Of a DNA stretch of 64,000 nucleotides, positions 49,244 through 63,188 are shown one piece after another; within the stretch, counting starts at the first letter, position 1, and each line of letters begins with the position of its first letter. Under the pieces are notes generated by a model that was not told the DNA's origin, did not search any database, and was given only the letters and a program-made list of their open reading frames with translations. Origin of the DNA: Podarcis melisellensis (Eukaryota); the NCBI GenBank assembly GCA_964234715.1, contig OZ174276.1; one strand, given 5' to 3'. Both the position numbers and the translations under genes were made by a program.

Positions 49244-51806
49244 TTTCATGGAAGGTACTTCACTTAATAAGGTGGCAGGTTTGGAGGAAACAATGCAACC
49301 TGACTGATATACTCCCCCCTCCCCCGAGAATAGCTCCAACAAGATCACACCCATGAAGAAAGATGGCAGCATGTCTGAGCAGAAACCCAGAACTGGAGGT
49401 GCAGTGTTCATTTGGTAGGATGAAGTCAACTATCCCTGAGAGCCACCCATTAAGTAGGATCCAGATTCCTCACATGTATAATATCAGGGTCTGATATCAG
49501 GCCAGGAAAGGGTGGGAGAGAAACACCAGCTATGAAGCTACTCATTTGGGGCTACCCAGCACTGAAGCAACATCTAAGCTTCCTGTATTCTGCTCTTTAA
49601 TGGACAGACTCCCTACTACCTTGGGCAACCGGATCTCTGACTTTTTATTCACGTCCCCTTGACAACTTGAATATCAAACGAAGGGAAAATTCACAGCTGA
49701 TTTTCAATTGTGACTGTTCCAAGAGGGGTTACCTTGGTGAGAAGCAATTAGGAATGTGGCAAAGGTATAGAAATCAGATGGTATCCCATGTCTGTCATGG
49801 GGAAGCCTAAAAATAGTGGCCTATGTGAAGGATAGCCAACATTTCCCAGCAGCCCCAGCCAGTACGGCCAATGATCAGGAATGATGGGCGTTGTAGCACA
49901 ACAAGATATGGAGGGCACCACATTGGCTTATGCAAATCCCTTATGGGTTCATTCCACATATACTTTGTGGGAGTGAAGAGATTTTGGCTTTAAAATAGGA
50001 GTTTAAAAATTATTATACTTCCTTTAAAAGAGATACCCAACTTCAGAAATCAAAACTAATAGGCAAAACAATATTTACCGGGTAAGTAAGAGGCAACAAG
50101 GGCACCCTGAAGCATTCTGAAAGGCTATTTCAGGAATATATCCCTCTGCTGCACAATGCAGACAGAAGCTGCCTCGCTTTTTGTTAATGGCAGCGATTTC
50201 AGAGACAGATGAAGCAAAGCCTACTTTAAGTCGGTGCAAGTTTACAGATGTGTAGCTGATTATTTTGAATAATTAAATGGTGTCAAAACCAGCTGTGATG
50301 AATAGCACTGGGGTCTCAATTCATAAATAATTGAGGAGGCAGCATTGCATTTGATCATTCCCATCAAATTCTGCTCTCCCGAGGATAAATGTTTGTCCTG
50401 AATACCATCAACATTGTTAAATGCCTCAATATCCCTGTTCAGTCATCCAGCCAACAGTCAATTTAACTAAATCACTTTTAACACCTCGCACAGCCGCTGT
50501 CCTCATGAATACGAAATGCTTATGATTGGCACAATAGGGTTCCCCCCCCTTTATTTTGGTTCGGTTTTTGAATTATCAGACAGTGCGCCTCATTGCAAAG
50601 GCTATTACCAAAGGGCAGCAATAAGAGGCTTGAAAGGGCCATGCTGAAGAAAACGGCTGCAGCCTTAGCTTTGTTACACTGAGGAAAAGGGTGTTCAGCA
50701 TCAAAGCAGCCATTTTGTGCCAATTTCTTATTAGTAAATACAGCTGCTTTTTATGACTCAGTCATGACATTTTTAACACTTGGTTGCTAAAGCATGTCAT
50801 GGCCCCCAAACCATATTTCTCTCCTCTCACCCTGGCGAGATGGCACAACAGCTGCACACTATTTTTGGCTGAGAGGGCTGGGAGAGCCCTCCTTTCTGAC
50901 AGTACTTTCAAAGCTCCACTGTGATCAGGCTGAAAGGAATGCGGGGAAGCAGAACGGTTAATACTGGCTTTTGGAATAACTGTTTTAGCTTATTAGAGCC
51001 TGAGTCTGCCACCATCATTAAGCATGAAACTGTGTTTATGTAAGCCACACGGGTCTGTAAACCCACAGAGTGCCCGCGACCGTGACTTTGTTGCGCACAC
51101 AGCTGCACAGCTATCAGCATTCCTGTATTTAAACATCTTCTTCCACTGCCATTATTTCTGTTTCAGTCCCTAATACTGAGCTCTCCATTTTACTGTTATC
51201 ACAGTTTTTATATTTATAAGATTTCTTTCCCAGACTTCACCATAAAGTCCCAGGATAGGTTACAACAATATAATAATAAAAGCGGGGAAATTAGTTTACA
51301 ATCACAAAACAAGTTACTCCTTACACTCACTTCAATATGCGGAACTTGCACTTCTACAGGTGCCATGCAATATTAGTTCTGAATTTGCAAAGAGTCATTC
51401 CTTTAGTGTTTCTAAACCATCTTCAAAGACCTGTTGTGCAAATGGAAGTCCTAGCACAGGGCTGACAGGGCCCATTAGGTGAATCCTACCCAAACGAGTC
51501 TGTGGGCATTGCAGTCACAGTCTCTTTCCTCCTTGCTTGTCTACTAGGAGGCTAGCAGTTGCAAGGTTCATGAAATCCCACCGAACATCCCACATATAAT
51601 TGTTCATTACAGACTTTGGGCTGCTTTGTCTTCCATTCTGCCTCTTTCCCAATCAGCAGATGCTCACAGGCATTAGGACTTCTTCTACCCTTCTTTTCAG
51701 AGGATCACTTGAGTGCAGTTGGACCTTCGCTCTTCCAAGGCTGCTTGAGACATTTAAATTAAAGACCACAGAGAAACTTCAAGCGCTTAAGGCTGTAAAC
51801 ACGTAC

Positions 51807-51898
51807 CTCAAAGTCTTCTGAGAATCCATGCTGGTTGTTGGCATACAGTTCACTGATATGCTTAACAAACTGTTTGACAGGAATAGCTTCCATGTCAT
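51807..51898 (-). CDS. PTPRG: PTPRG coding exon ([31 protein letters not shown]), wedge region
   Basis: Within ORF 51759..51980. ttttcag|AT ... GAG|gtacgt, 92 nt, phase consistent with neighbours. Confidence 0.97.
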
Positions 51899-52260
51899 CT
51901 GAAAAATAAAAAAGATACTCAGCTCTACAATTAATATTTTCTAACAATAACAATTGTCCTATAAAGTTAGGCAATAACATCTCTACCTAGATGCTAACAA
52001 ACAGTGTGCGAAGATGGTTTCACATGCCTTCACAGCTGATACTGGCCCCACTGATGTTGGTGCAAACAATGCTCAATTTCTGTATTATCACTTTCATCCA
52101 GCACTAAGTGACCACCATGTTGCTGCTGTTTAGTCAAGTTTTCATTTAATTGATCCTACTGACCAGAAATGGTTGCTTTATTTCCATTTTATGAATAAAG
52201 AACATCCATGAATGCACAGGAAACAAAGTGACCCGGGGTAAGTTGCTGATGGACAAACTA

Positions 52261-52435
52261 CAGGCAACTCCCCATTTATAGTGTCTGGTGGATTTTTGGT
52301 TTTTTAAAGGATTTCCAAAGGGTTAGATAGAGGGTTTTTGCACGTTTTTTCAATGGTGTTCCCACTATACACAATTTCACTTAAATGTGCAGTGCCTTGG
52401 AACATAACCCTCACATAAATGGGGAGTTTGAGCTG
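52261..52435. mobile_element. Tigger-like MITE (old)
   Basis: TA|CAGGCAACTCCCCATTTAT ... ATAAATGGGGAGTTTG inverted termini. Confidence 0.6.
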
Positions 52436-52983
52436 AATTGAGCTCCAGGAATTTATTTGTAGTGGATGGGTTTAACTGCAGAATACCTGAGAAATCACAG
52501 CATACCTTTTATCTTTGCTGTGTGCCTGATCACAGATAATGCAAATTATGGGCAGGGCAAATTACCTTGCTTTGGCTCTATGTCATAGGTATTTTTACAT
52601 ACACATTTATGCATGTATTTGGCCACTGACAAACAATAAAGAGGACTCTGAATTCTAAACTATTATTGTGATCAGTTCTACTACCTCTGACCTGCTACTG
52701 TGATACATGGAACAGCCAAAAAGGTTTGCCTGTGGAACCATTTTGGCTGACTGTGTTCTGTGGTTGTATTAAGGCTAAGTCAACAATTTATAGATTGGTA
52801 TGATCCATGCAAAATGTACATTTATGCTTAGTTTTGCCTGGCCCGGACTTCATGGTAACTTCCTGAATTTTTTCTAGATATGCTAATAGAATACCGTTGC
52901 AAAATCCAGAATTTTGGAGGTTAAACCTGACAGCAAGTCTCTCCCTCTAGTATAGTGTTTATTACGATATAGTAATGTGAATA

Positions 52984-53225
52984 CAGTCATACCTCGGCTG
53001 CCTAACACCTTGGGAGTTGAATGTTCCAGCTCCTGAATGATTGAAAACCAGAAGTGAGTGTTCTGGTTTTCGAACGTTCTTTTGGAAGCCGAACATCCGA
53101 CGGGGCTTCCAATTGGCTGCAGGAGTTTCCTGCAGCCAATTAGAAGCTGTGCTTTGGAAGTCAAATGTTTTGGAAGCGAAACGGACTTCCGGAACGGATT
53201 CTGTTCAATTTCTGAGGTACGACTG
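52984..53225. mobile_element. Tc1/mariner (Tigger-like) MITE
   Basis: TA|CAGTCATACCTCGG ... CTGAGGTACGACTG|TA. Central palindrome AATTGGCTGCAGGA/TCCTGCAGCCAATT. Confidence 0.85.
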
Positions 53226-55261
53226 TATGCTTAGCAGAAGAATTAACTCTCATCCACAGGTAGGTTGTAATAATATATTTTCCAATGCAACTAATGTCTC
53301 TGAAAGTGAATGAATTCCTATGCTACTTTCATGAGAAGTTAAATTTCTGACACAGTGAATAATCCCCCCCTCCAAAAAATTTCCTGAGATCAGTTACAGT
53401 ATTGAGTCCCAATCTACAGCCAAAACCAGTAACATGTCCCTTTTCATGTACCCTTGTTTTAGCATATCTAACTCTAAATTACAGTTTTGCAATGTATCTA
53501 ATTAATGACGTAAACTATATATGTTAAGACAAGGAGGATGACTGGTTCTCGCAGTATGCCATTTTTATTCTGTCTGCTTAGACAACAGAGTTGTGACCCT
53601 TCCTTGGGGGAATGAGCACATAATAATCATTTGCACTTGATGTAGAGCATGCAGGAATACCAAGAAAAACTTGCTTAACCAAAGGCTTGAAAACTATTGG
53701 AATGAAGAGTCCAGCAACTATCTCTACTTTGGGACATTTAAGACACTTCCCATATGTTTTGGTATATCAGCGAAAAGGATGAACTAAAGTCAAAGGTAGA
53801 CTACAACCTCTATTTAATGAAACAATGAATCAATCAAGCCATCACCTGGTGACAAATTATATGGATCTTCTGTGTCTGAAAGGTATTCGATCACTGTTGA
53901 GTTTCCCTGATCGAGCATTTCTTCTTCCTGTTCTTTTTGCTCTCTTCCTCCCTCTTTCCCATCCCCACCTTGGTCTATCCTATCTTGCTCTATCTCGTCT
54001 TCACTTCCCTCTTCTTCTTTAAATGCACAGCAAATGACATCTCCATATAGGTATTTTGTTCTGAAGTTTCCCATTCTTTCTGGTTAAATTGTCTAGCAGA
54101 GAAAAAGTTAACACTTGTGGCAGAAGCTACTTGGCATCATGATGGGAAGATCCCACCTCCACTTCCATCTTTACCAAGCTGTCAGTAGACCAAAGAGCGG
54201 AGCATGGCAGGAGCTAAATTTTTCAGTGTTTGAAAGCTTTCACTTTGAAACAAGCTGATCTCTTAAGAGTTTGTATGATTCAGTGCTGATACGAGTAACT
54301 CAGATAATCTTCAGGTCAACTCCACAATGCCCAGAATTAAAGATCCTGATATTTCAAATGGACTGGGGGCAGCGGGGCAGAATGACTTATTCTGACTTAC
54401 AGAAGGTCTAGCTGAGGCAAACATACTGCCAATTCATATTCATTTTATCTTTTCCCCCTTGCCTCAAGAAGCCAGAGATTAAAGTAATTTGAAGCACTGT
54501 GATTCGTCAGTTTAGGACTCTCTGCACAACTATTCCATACAGCCTGCAAATATCAGGAGCATTCTTTTGAAGGAAAATATATAGTCAGCCAGAAGTAGAG
54601 TTTGAAAGTTCTACATTCCAAAAATGCAGTCATTGTTCGAAAATTCCACTGCATTCTTTGCTCATGCATTCTAAATGCCTCCTCAAATAAAATCTGCTAA
54701 TGCATATGAGGAACATGCTTCTTTCAGGTACCTCTTATCTAGTGGCTACTGATAAGCTTCTTTTCCATTTCAGGAAAATTTACTTCAGAGACCATACCTC
54801 TTTTAGTCTACTGAAGAGATTAATGAAATCCTATAAAGCCTAATTAGGAAACCTAACAGTTGCTCAGTGCAAAGTCCCATTTGGGCAATTAGCTTTCTCC
54901 TTGCCTAAAACCGGGCAGCATTCATTAGTGTCACAGTGGAAAAAACCTTCTTGTCCCAACATTCAATAAATGGGAGGATATATTTTGTGTTAATAACCAT
55001 TGTTCATACTGTTTATTTTACTTATTTTGATTCTTCCTCATTCTGTCTCAGAAGCTTATATGTCCTTATGTCATGTCAGTATGGATAAATAAGTATTTTA
55101 AAAATTAAGAAGGTTCTCTTGTTTCAATAGATCTAAATTACTTACCAATATGTTAAAGACTAGCCTGCCTCTTCTCATCTACACATGGGAAAACATTCTG
55201 CCGTGTTAAAAATCAAGGCTTTACATAGCCTTCCAGCAAGCAGCCTTGCTTGCTAGTCTTG

Positions 55262-55348
55262 AGCAATCCTATATTCACTTACCTGGGAAGTAAGTCCCAT
55301 TGAACCCAAAGGGACTTTCTTCTGAGTACACATATATAGGATTATATT
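55262..55348. repeat. Short (~85 bp) palindromic MITE-like repeat; related copies near 6228, 12221, 15412, 56828, 62845, 63262
   Basis: GCAATCCTAT...GTAAGTCCCATTGAA..AAGGGACTT...ATAGGATT hairpin, recurring in degenerate form. Confidence 0.65.
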
Positions 55349-55669
55349 ATAATTGTACATTTGTCCCAGTCTCTAGGTACGTTCAGGCATTTGCCTGAAC
55401 ATGCAAAACAGAATCTCTGGATTGGGCCATGCAGACAAACTCTGCCTCTGGTATCCTTGTATATGTTGTCTCACCTGATGAGTTCCCAGCCTCCCCCATT
55501 TTGAGAGGGTAAAATTTGCAGGGGCTTATATTCCTTTTTGAGTGTAAACAGAACCCTCCATGGAAGACCCCCAATAAAACCTTAATCACAGGTGGAATAT
55601 ATTATAATGCAATCAGCATGTGGATTATATGAGCAAGCATCTTGGGTTACTTTCCTACCCACATTAAGG

Positions 55670-56110
55670 CTACATTAAGGTGCACAGTTTAATTGACCCA
55701 GGACCACAATACCTCAAGGACCGCATCTCCCCATATAAACCAACCTGGACTCTGGATTCATCATCAGAGGCCCTTCTTTGTGTGCCTCCTTCACATGAGG
55801 TCCAGAGGGTGACAACACGAGAGAGCCTTTTCTGCACAGTGGCTCTCGTTTGTGGAGTGCTCTCCCCATGGAGATTCGTCTGGCACCTTCATTATATATT
55901 TTTAGGTGCCAGGCAAAAGCTTTCCTCTTTCACCAGGCCTTTGTCTGATAATATTCTACAGCCTTTTAAATGGGGGTGCGGCTATTGTTTTGTTGTTTCA
56001 ACTTTAACAAATTATTTGTGCTTTTATATTGTATTTTAATCTTTTGAACATCCCTGAGATCTTTTGATGAACGGCCATATATAAATCTTACTTAAAAAAT
56101 AAAATAAACA
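55670..56110 (+). mobile_element. L2-like LINE 3' end
   Basis: GPQYLKDRISPY-like remnant, GCCTTTTCTGCACAGTGGCTC motif, A-rich tail. Confidence 0.65.
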
Positions 56111-56959
56111 AAAATAGATAATGACACTTGTGTTTAGTAAATATGTGCAATGTAAAGAAGGTGGTTTACAACTTTACTTTTACTACACACACACAATCTA
56201 TTCATTGTCATTTAATTTTGCCCCTGACTTTTGTAAAGAAGGCTAAGCTAAAAGATGGGAACCACGAGTGACTCTCACATTCCCTTTCCATATGTGTAGG
56301 TCTTGTGATGCACATTCTCTGCTGCTTCTGGGCGATGTTTAAAGTGTCCCTTCTGCACAACTTGCTACCAGATTCTTTTCACTGGAGATACCAATGATTG
56401 CAAACAAAAGGGTCAAAGCATGTGCTCTACCAAAGAGCTATGGGAAGGGATGGAGAGGGCTAAGAAAAGACAGAAGTTTGGAGGATCAGGGATACAGCAT
56501 GTTAAAAGATGTTAAGTGGATGATTGAAGAGGGTATTCTAATGTCAAGGGAAAGTGATAGTTTAGGGATCTGCTGGTGATGCAAAAAAGACATTAACAAC
56601 AATGCCATTTGAGCAGTGTATGAGAGACTGGATCTTAGTAAAAATCATACACGCAATGTCAAGTGAAACTGCTGCAGACACTTTGCAGAAAGTGTAAGAC
56701 CTATTCAGAGTAGACACATTGAAATTAATAAGCATGACTAACATAGGCCCACAATTTCAACTGGTCAACTCTGAGTAAACCATAGTTGCTTACAACCCCA
56801 AGTGGTTGATTTGGACTAGTCTGAGGCTGTGCAATCCAGTGTACACAATAGGGAGTAAGTTCCACTGAACTCAAGTTCCATTGGCTACAATCATCTTATG
56901 TTATAATCACAGTCATAGTACAGTGTACAGTGAATTCCCATAACTGATGTTTGAACAGT

Positions 56960-57065
56960 GGTGGATCTACTGTCATGGATGCTTTAGCTGAGATTCCTGC
57001 ATTGTAGGGGATTGGACTAGATTACCCTTGGGATCTCTTCCAAGTCTACTATTATATGATTCTAC
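56960..57065 (+). mobile_element. CR1-type 3' end
   Basis: TTGGACTAGATTACCCTTGGGATCTCTTCCAAG..ATGATTCTA. Reverse complement of 62216-62320. Confidence 0.7.
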
Positions 57066-60000
57066 TACTTTTCAGATAGACTACAAGCCTGCAATTACTT
57101 ATGCGTGCCTGTATCCATAATGCCTAACTGATGCATTATGGGAGCTTTCGTGAATCCTTTATTCCATTCCAAACACCCAAATTTAGCCAATCTCAGTAAA
57201 GGGACAGACCACTGCCCTTATGAATGTTCTTTATTTTATTCATTTTACAAGATAATAACACCACACTGCAGAGTGTGCAGACAGTGTATTCCCATAACTA
57301 ACCTTTGAACAACATTGAACCCACTGGTTGAGAGAAAGACTATATTGTTATTGGCTGGAAGCCAGCAAACTGTGAAATGAATTTAAATTGCACCGAATTT
57401 AAGTAGGATGAGCACATGTAGCTGTGCACCGGATTGCAGTCACTGTACTGAGTCTATTCTAAGAAAGCAAGTTATGCCTAAATCCCATTGAAAAACAATG
57501 AGATTTCAGCATATAATTTAATATTTTAAGTGTCATTAAGAACCCTCACTGGTCCCGATCCAGAGTTCTGCATGAGCCGTAATTGACTCTTAGGCAGACA
57601 AAAAAGAAAGAAAGAAAAGAGACCATGTGCTTGTGACTGAGTGAGTATTAATGACACCATTTCAATCAAGGTGTAATCTAATATAGCATCATGCCAAGAG
57701 CAACTATTAAGGGATGTGTCAGTTACAAATATTATGCACATTGAATGAAATCTGAATTTATAAACCACATGCACACATCCGCCTTTAAATAATAAATGAA
57801 AGTGACATTCAGTCCACCTCCTTTAAGTCTGCAAGGAAGAAATGAGAGTCATTCCCGAATAATCCAAATGAGAACTATTTACATTCACTGAGGAGAATGT
57901 TGTGTCTTGCAAAAAGTACCCGATATGAAAAGGCACTGGGTACATGTTGGCCTCCTCCTCCTTAGCAATGAATATGCTGACATACAGTGATAATGGAAAC
58001 ATCTGAGCACTGGTTTGCAAACTTAAGAGAAAGTTGTGGAAATTTCTTGAGTTTCAGCAGCTGTTGAGTCCCCCCCCCACACGCACAATATGACTCAAAC
58101 TGTTGTTGAAAAGAAGGGGAAAAGAAGGCAAGCCAATATCAAATGGAAGAAATTGGATTGATATTTCTCATACATTTTGAACATGGCTCTCATTCCAGGC
58201 CAGTCACTCTGCTATTTGCTCCACAGATTAGAAAATTCTACATGCAGGGGCAGAATGGGACATCTCTTCATAAGCATTTTGGAGGAAAAACAGCATATTG
58301 ATTCACTTACAGATGCGTGGTTATCCTTGATCCATATGGGGCTTAAGCGGGGAGATGTACATTAATGACAACACCGGCAAAATATATATTTCTCTTTTTA
58401 ATGCAAGTTTTATGATTCTCTGGTCAGCTTTTATTTGGTGGCGAGGGCTGATAGGCACCAGACAAGATCCACACACACCCAACCTATGACTACAGATTAG
58501 TGATAAAGAGTTCCATGAAAAAATCACTAGGAGGCACCCAAAATGAACTGTGCTAAGAAACAGAAAATGAAGCAATGGCAAGTGTGTCTGTGGGGAACAG
58601 AATGGGCTAGCATATTTAATAATGTTTAATAAGTCTGCCATCCAGGCGCAGTTGCTCTCCCCCTAAGGGCATGATCCCAGATGAGACCAATGCTTTTTGA
58701 TTTATATTAAGTGGGTAATAGCTGTAGGGGCAACTGAGCTAATGATCCTGTCGGTGTTCTGTGGTTCTCTAGACTGCTCGGTAGAGTTAATTATGAATTG
58801 TAATGAGAACTCTGGGCTTCAGGACAGAATGGGCATAGATTAGTACATGCCTATATGCTATTCAGTTTCATGGTCGAAAATGAAGTAAATTTCTTCCGTG
58901 GAAAGCTAGGTATCTAATAATGGTGCAGTTGCAGAACAGCAAAATTCTATTATACCATCAATCATTAGCACCATGTGTTTTGGAGCTGTCAAGCACCTTT
59001 AAAGCTGTCACAGAATGTGTTTTTGTTGTTTTAAAAAAGGAATACAGAGGAGTTTCACATTTTTAGATATTCATGGTCAAAACTGCTTCCATTGTGATCA
59101 TATGACTGAAACTGTGAATGAAAATTGGTCTACCCAGCCCAGTTAAATAGATGTGCAGATCCACAGGGACATATTTAACTATCCATTTATAACTACTGCC
59201 TGGGGTATCGCTAGCAAATAAAGATTACTTTAAGGAACTGGCGTTTGTTAAAATGTCATTTATACTTTACTTCCAGAATCAATACAGCTTGGGAGATTTT
59301 CTCATGTTCCCTGGCTGTTTCTAAAGGGGAAGAAAAAGTTTAGAAGAGGTATCATTTTATCAACTATATGACTGAATCAAAAGGAAGAATTTTCCATTTA
59401 ACCTTTAAAGGCTTTTCAGCAAAAACGGCTGTATAAGGAGTTATAACTGACAGGCAGGTGTGAAACAGCACTTAGCAGATTGCTTTGGGGAATGGAATTT
59501 GAAGCCTTTTCTGGTGTGGCAGGGAAGTGCGGAAAGGGCATCAGGATGAGGTTAATTGGACCCATTCAAACAGACTAAGAACGGGTTCCCCCCACTTTTA
59601 GAATTATTTCTACATTTATGCACACCTTTAGTTCTACTCAGGCATCCAGTTTCTATGGGTACTGAATGCATGATGCAGCAGGAACACGAGGGGCTAGAGC
59701 TGTCCCACCTTGATGACATCATGCGTGTCGGCCATGACCCCAGCTGACTTGCCAACAGACTCACAATCTGCTTCTATTTGCATAGGGTTTATAGGAAAGG
59801 GAAGTAAACCTTGTTAAACTTTGTTCACTCAGGGTTCCCCATCCCCATGAATGATACCCAATGCAAGGGGTAGTCAATGTGGTACCTTCTAGATGTTGTT
59901 GGACTACCAAGTCCCCAGCCAGTACGGCCAATGGTCAGGGTGTTATAGTTCAACAACATCTATGGGACATCTCGCTGGTGACACCTGTCTTATGAGCACA

Positions 60001-62213
60001 AAAAGAGCCCTCTTCAGACTGATGACAACTGGGCATTGGCTGGGGTTATGCAGCTGGTACGTGCCTTGCTAGCCCACCTGGGCCCTTCACACACTGTGAC
60101 CACCGGCCCTGAATGCTTGAATTGAGCTTCTGAGTTCCCAGCATTAAGGTGCAATATTGTCATGGTATCATATACCTAAAACTCAACAGCCATGTACAAG
60201 AAACTGCAAAGGTTCCACAAAGGTTGCTGCTTCAGAATGCATGCAAAAAGGTGCCCTTACTTCCATAGTTAGACCTTGGTCATAGTTAGACCTATCACCA
60301 CTAAAAAAGAGGCATAATATTTCCTATTACACAGAACAACGCAGAAAATTTCATCTTTGTTTTTATGTTACATTTGTAATATGGCTTTCCACCTTCAGAG
60401 GAAAAACAGTATTTTAATAATATCTAAAAGTATTTAGGTTAAACTACTATTCCACTGTCTATCATTCTATTCTAGGTTCTGGTTTGGCACTCCTGGAACA
60501 ATTCAATAGTACTGATGAAGAGCAACTATTTTCTCATTTTCTTTTTGGACTTATGGGCACACTCCCACTTTTTAGAAAATTAAAAATCTTCCCTCTAGTG
60601 TGAAAACACACTGAGAATATTCATTCAAATCAAGAGCCACTATAACCCTCCACCTTTTTTTTAATAGAAAAGATGAAAACTTTATCCTGGATCTCAAAGC
60701 CCCACTTCTGCAGACCAATGCTTGAAGATTTGGGGAGCGCATTTGAACATTTTAGCTATTTCGCACATTATTTTGATTAATCAAACTAAAATTGGGCTTG
60801 GTTTCAACTACATACATTAGTTGGAAGGTTGTAATGATATGGATGCTTCCTCTGTCTGCAAGAAGAAAACAGCTATTGATGTATAAGTGGGACCTCCAGT
60901 CCTTTTCCCCTCCCACCCGTTTCCCATTTTGCTCACAACAGTCAAGCAGCATTATGTGATCACTGAGTATGTTTGGGGTCCCTCCTCCTAGATTCCCCTC
61001 CCCCAAGTTTCTTGTCCTTAAGACAACTTAGTATTAAAAGTGTATTAAGAACTTATATTAGAGTGAAGCTCCAATAGAAGGAGCTTTTGCCTCCACCTTT
61101 TAGAGAGACTAATAAATGATCTACACCAGAGATCAGGAACATGTCTATCTCCAAATATTGCTAGACTGCACCTCCCACCATCCCTGACCATTGGCCATGC
61201 TGGGAGAGCTGGAGGCCAACAACATCTAGAGGGCGACCCTGATATACATGTTCAACCAAAAGAGGTTTTCTTCTATTGTTTAAGGTGGGGGCTTGGTTGT
61301 TGTTGTTTTTAATGTTCCCTCTTATTTATCTGATTAAAACCAACAACATGTATCTGTAGTAATGAAAAACCACATGAGGTAAAAAACCAGACAAGAACTT
61401 TTCTCCTGCTCAGCTCTGAAATTCTTTATTTTACAACTCCACTTAAACTTCATAGCTATTCTCCTGAATACTTTGCACCTCCTGCAATGGTGTGGGGACA
61501 TATCACAGAACTAATGGAATTAGTAGCATTTGGGGGTGAGGCATTCTATATGGTCAAATAATACAATTTTGCTTACACATGACAAGAAGATGGGGAGATT
61601 TTTTTGTTTTTAAAAGCTTTTAGACAAACCTTAAGGAGGATTTTAATGGCAAAGTTTTGGTTATATGAAGGACTTCTGGTTTGTAGCATTGTGCACACTG
61701 GTATTAGGGAAAAATCATCACAGCATGCAGAGTTGTACACATTTCTGACATGATTTGCTGCTAATTGGATAAGAGTATGTGAACAAAAGCTCTGTCAGAA
61801 TGGGTTATCCACAGCCCCTTTCTGAAGACAATCCCATAAAGCAGATCCAAACCCAATTTGGAATTCAGCTAATGGGATCAAACCTTGGAAAAGTGACATA
61901 GAAAGCATTCCAAGTGAATTTCCTATGTATTTGCATGTTTGCTCAAGAGATCCTAAAAAAAAATCACCACATGAGCATCAGAGGTTTGTCAGACAAGGTA
62001 ATCACACTTCTGACAAAAGCCTCAAGGCCATACAAAGAACTCCAATGTTATCTTATCTATATTGTACACAATATTGTTGGATAGCAATATTTAACTTATA
62101 CGTATGCCTTGCAAAGAATCTCAGTCTAAAACAGTTATTCGTTACATGGCTTTCAAAATATCTGGAAGGGGGGGATAAGTGCAGGGCACAATTCTCAGTG
62201 GTAGAGCATCTGA

Positions 62214-62375
62214 ATCATAGAATCACAGAATTGTAGAGTTGGAAGGAACCCAAGGGTCATCTAGTCCAACCCCCTGCAATAGGGGAATCTCAGCTAAAGC
62301 ATCCATGGCAGATGGCTATCTACCCTCTGCTTAAAAACCTCCAAAGAAGGAGAGTCCACCGCCTTTTTAGGGATT
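62214..62375 (-). mobile_element. CR1-type 3' end
   Basis: ATCATAGAATCACAGAATTGTAGAGTTGGAAGG..GTCATCTAGTCCAACCCC, i.e. an (ATTCTRTG)n tail on minus. Confidence 0.8.
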
Positions 62376-62504
62376 CCAACTTCCTATGTTCCCAATAACT
62401 GAAAGATAACTGTAACGCTCAAACCAGTGGCCAACCAGCAGCCAACCCACTACCTCAGGAAAAACCGTGACAATTCCAACATTCCTTTGAAAAAAGCTCT
62501 AAGG

Positions 62505-62640
62505 CAAGAGTAGGGAAACTTTTGCCCTCCAGTTGTTGCTGGACTACAAACTCCATCATCCCTGACTATTGATCCTACTGGCTGGGAAGGATGGGAGTTG
62601 TAGTTCACAACATCTGGACAGCACCAAAATAGCTACCTGT
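62505..62640. mobile_element. hAT-type MITE; further copies near 39850, 47197, 49829, 59864, 61126
   Basis: GCCCTCCAG..GTTGCTGGACTACAA..CCATCATCCCTG interior shared with the 3485 family. Confidence 0.65.
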
Positions 62641-63042
62641 GTTTCAAGGCATAAAGAGCTATGTACAACAGAAAATATGCAAATATTCACATCTGTCTGG
62701 CTTTGGCTCACAAATTTCTGCTGAGAACATTCCATATATAATTACTTCAAGGCACTTGACAGATTGTAAAAGAGTAGGCATGTGCTTTGATATTTTCAAT
62801 TAACCAGTAAATAAGCATTAGGACCAAGTCTGCGGCTACTCTAACAGCAATCTTCTCTTTACTGAGAAGTAAATACCACTGCTTACTTTTCGGTAAGTGT
62901 ATTTAGGACTGTATTTAGGACTAAACTGGTACAACTTTGTCTCAAGCAAAACCTATGCATCTTATTTGGCTACTTACATTTAAATTAGAGTTTTGCTATA
63001 AAACAGTACTGCGGTAGGTGGGATCTCCCCCTGCCCTTGAAA

Positions 63043-63188
63043 CAGTGGCGTAGCGTGGGGGTGCAGGGGGGGCCGGCTGCACCAGGCGCAACATCTGGGG
63101 GTTAGGGTTAGGGGGCGCAAATCCACGGGTTAGGGGGCGCAAATTACTTGCCTTGCCCCGGGTGCTGACAACCCACGCTACGCCACTG
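63043..63188. mobile_element. Young hAT MITE (146 bp)
   Basis: Perfect 17-bp TIR CAGTGGCGTAGCGTGGG. 8-bp TSD CCTTGAAA/CCTCGAAA. Confidence 0.9.

Noticed and set aside
48766-49356. 196-aa plus-strand ORF
   Set aside because: Reads through the antisense strand of a Sauria SINE.
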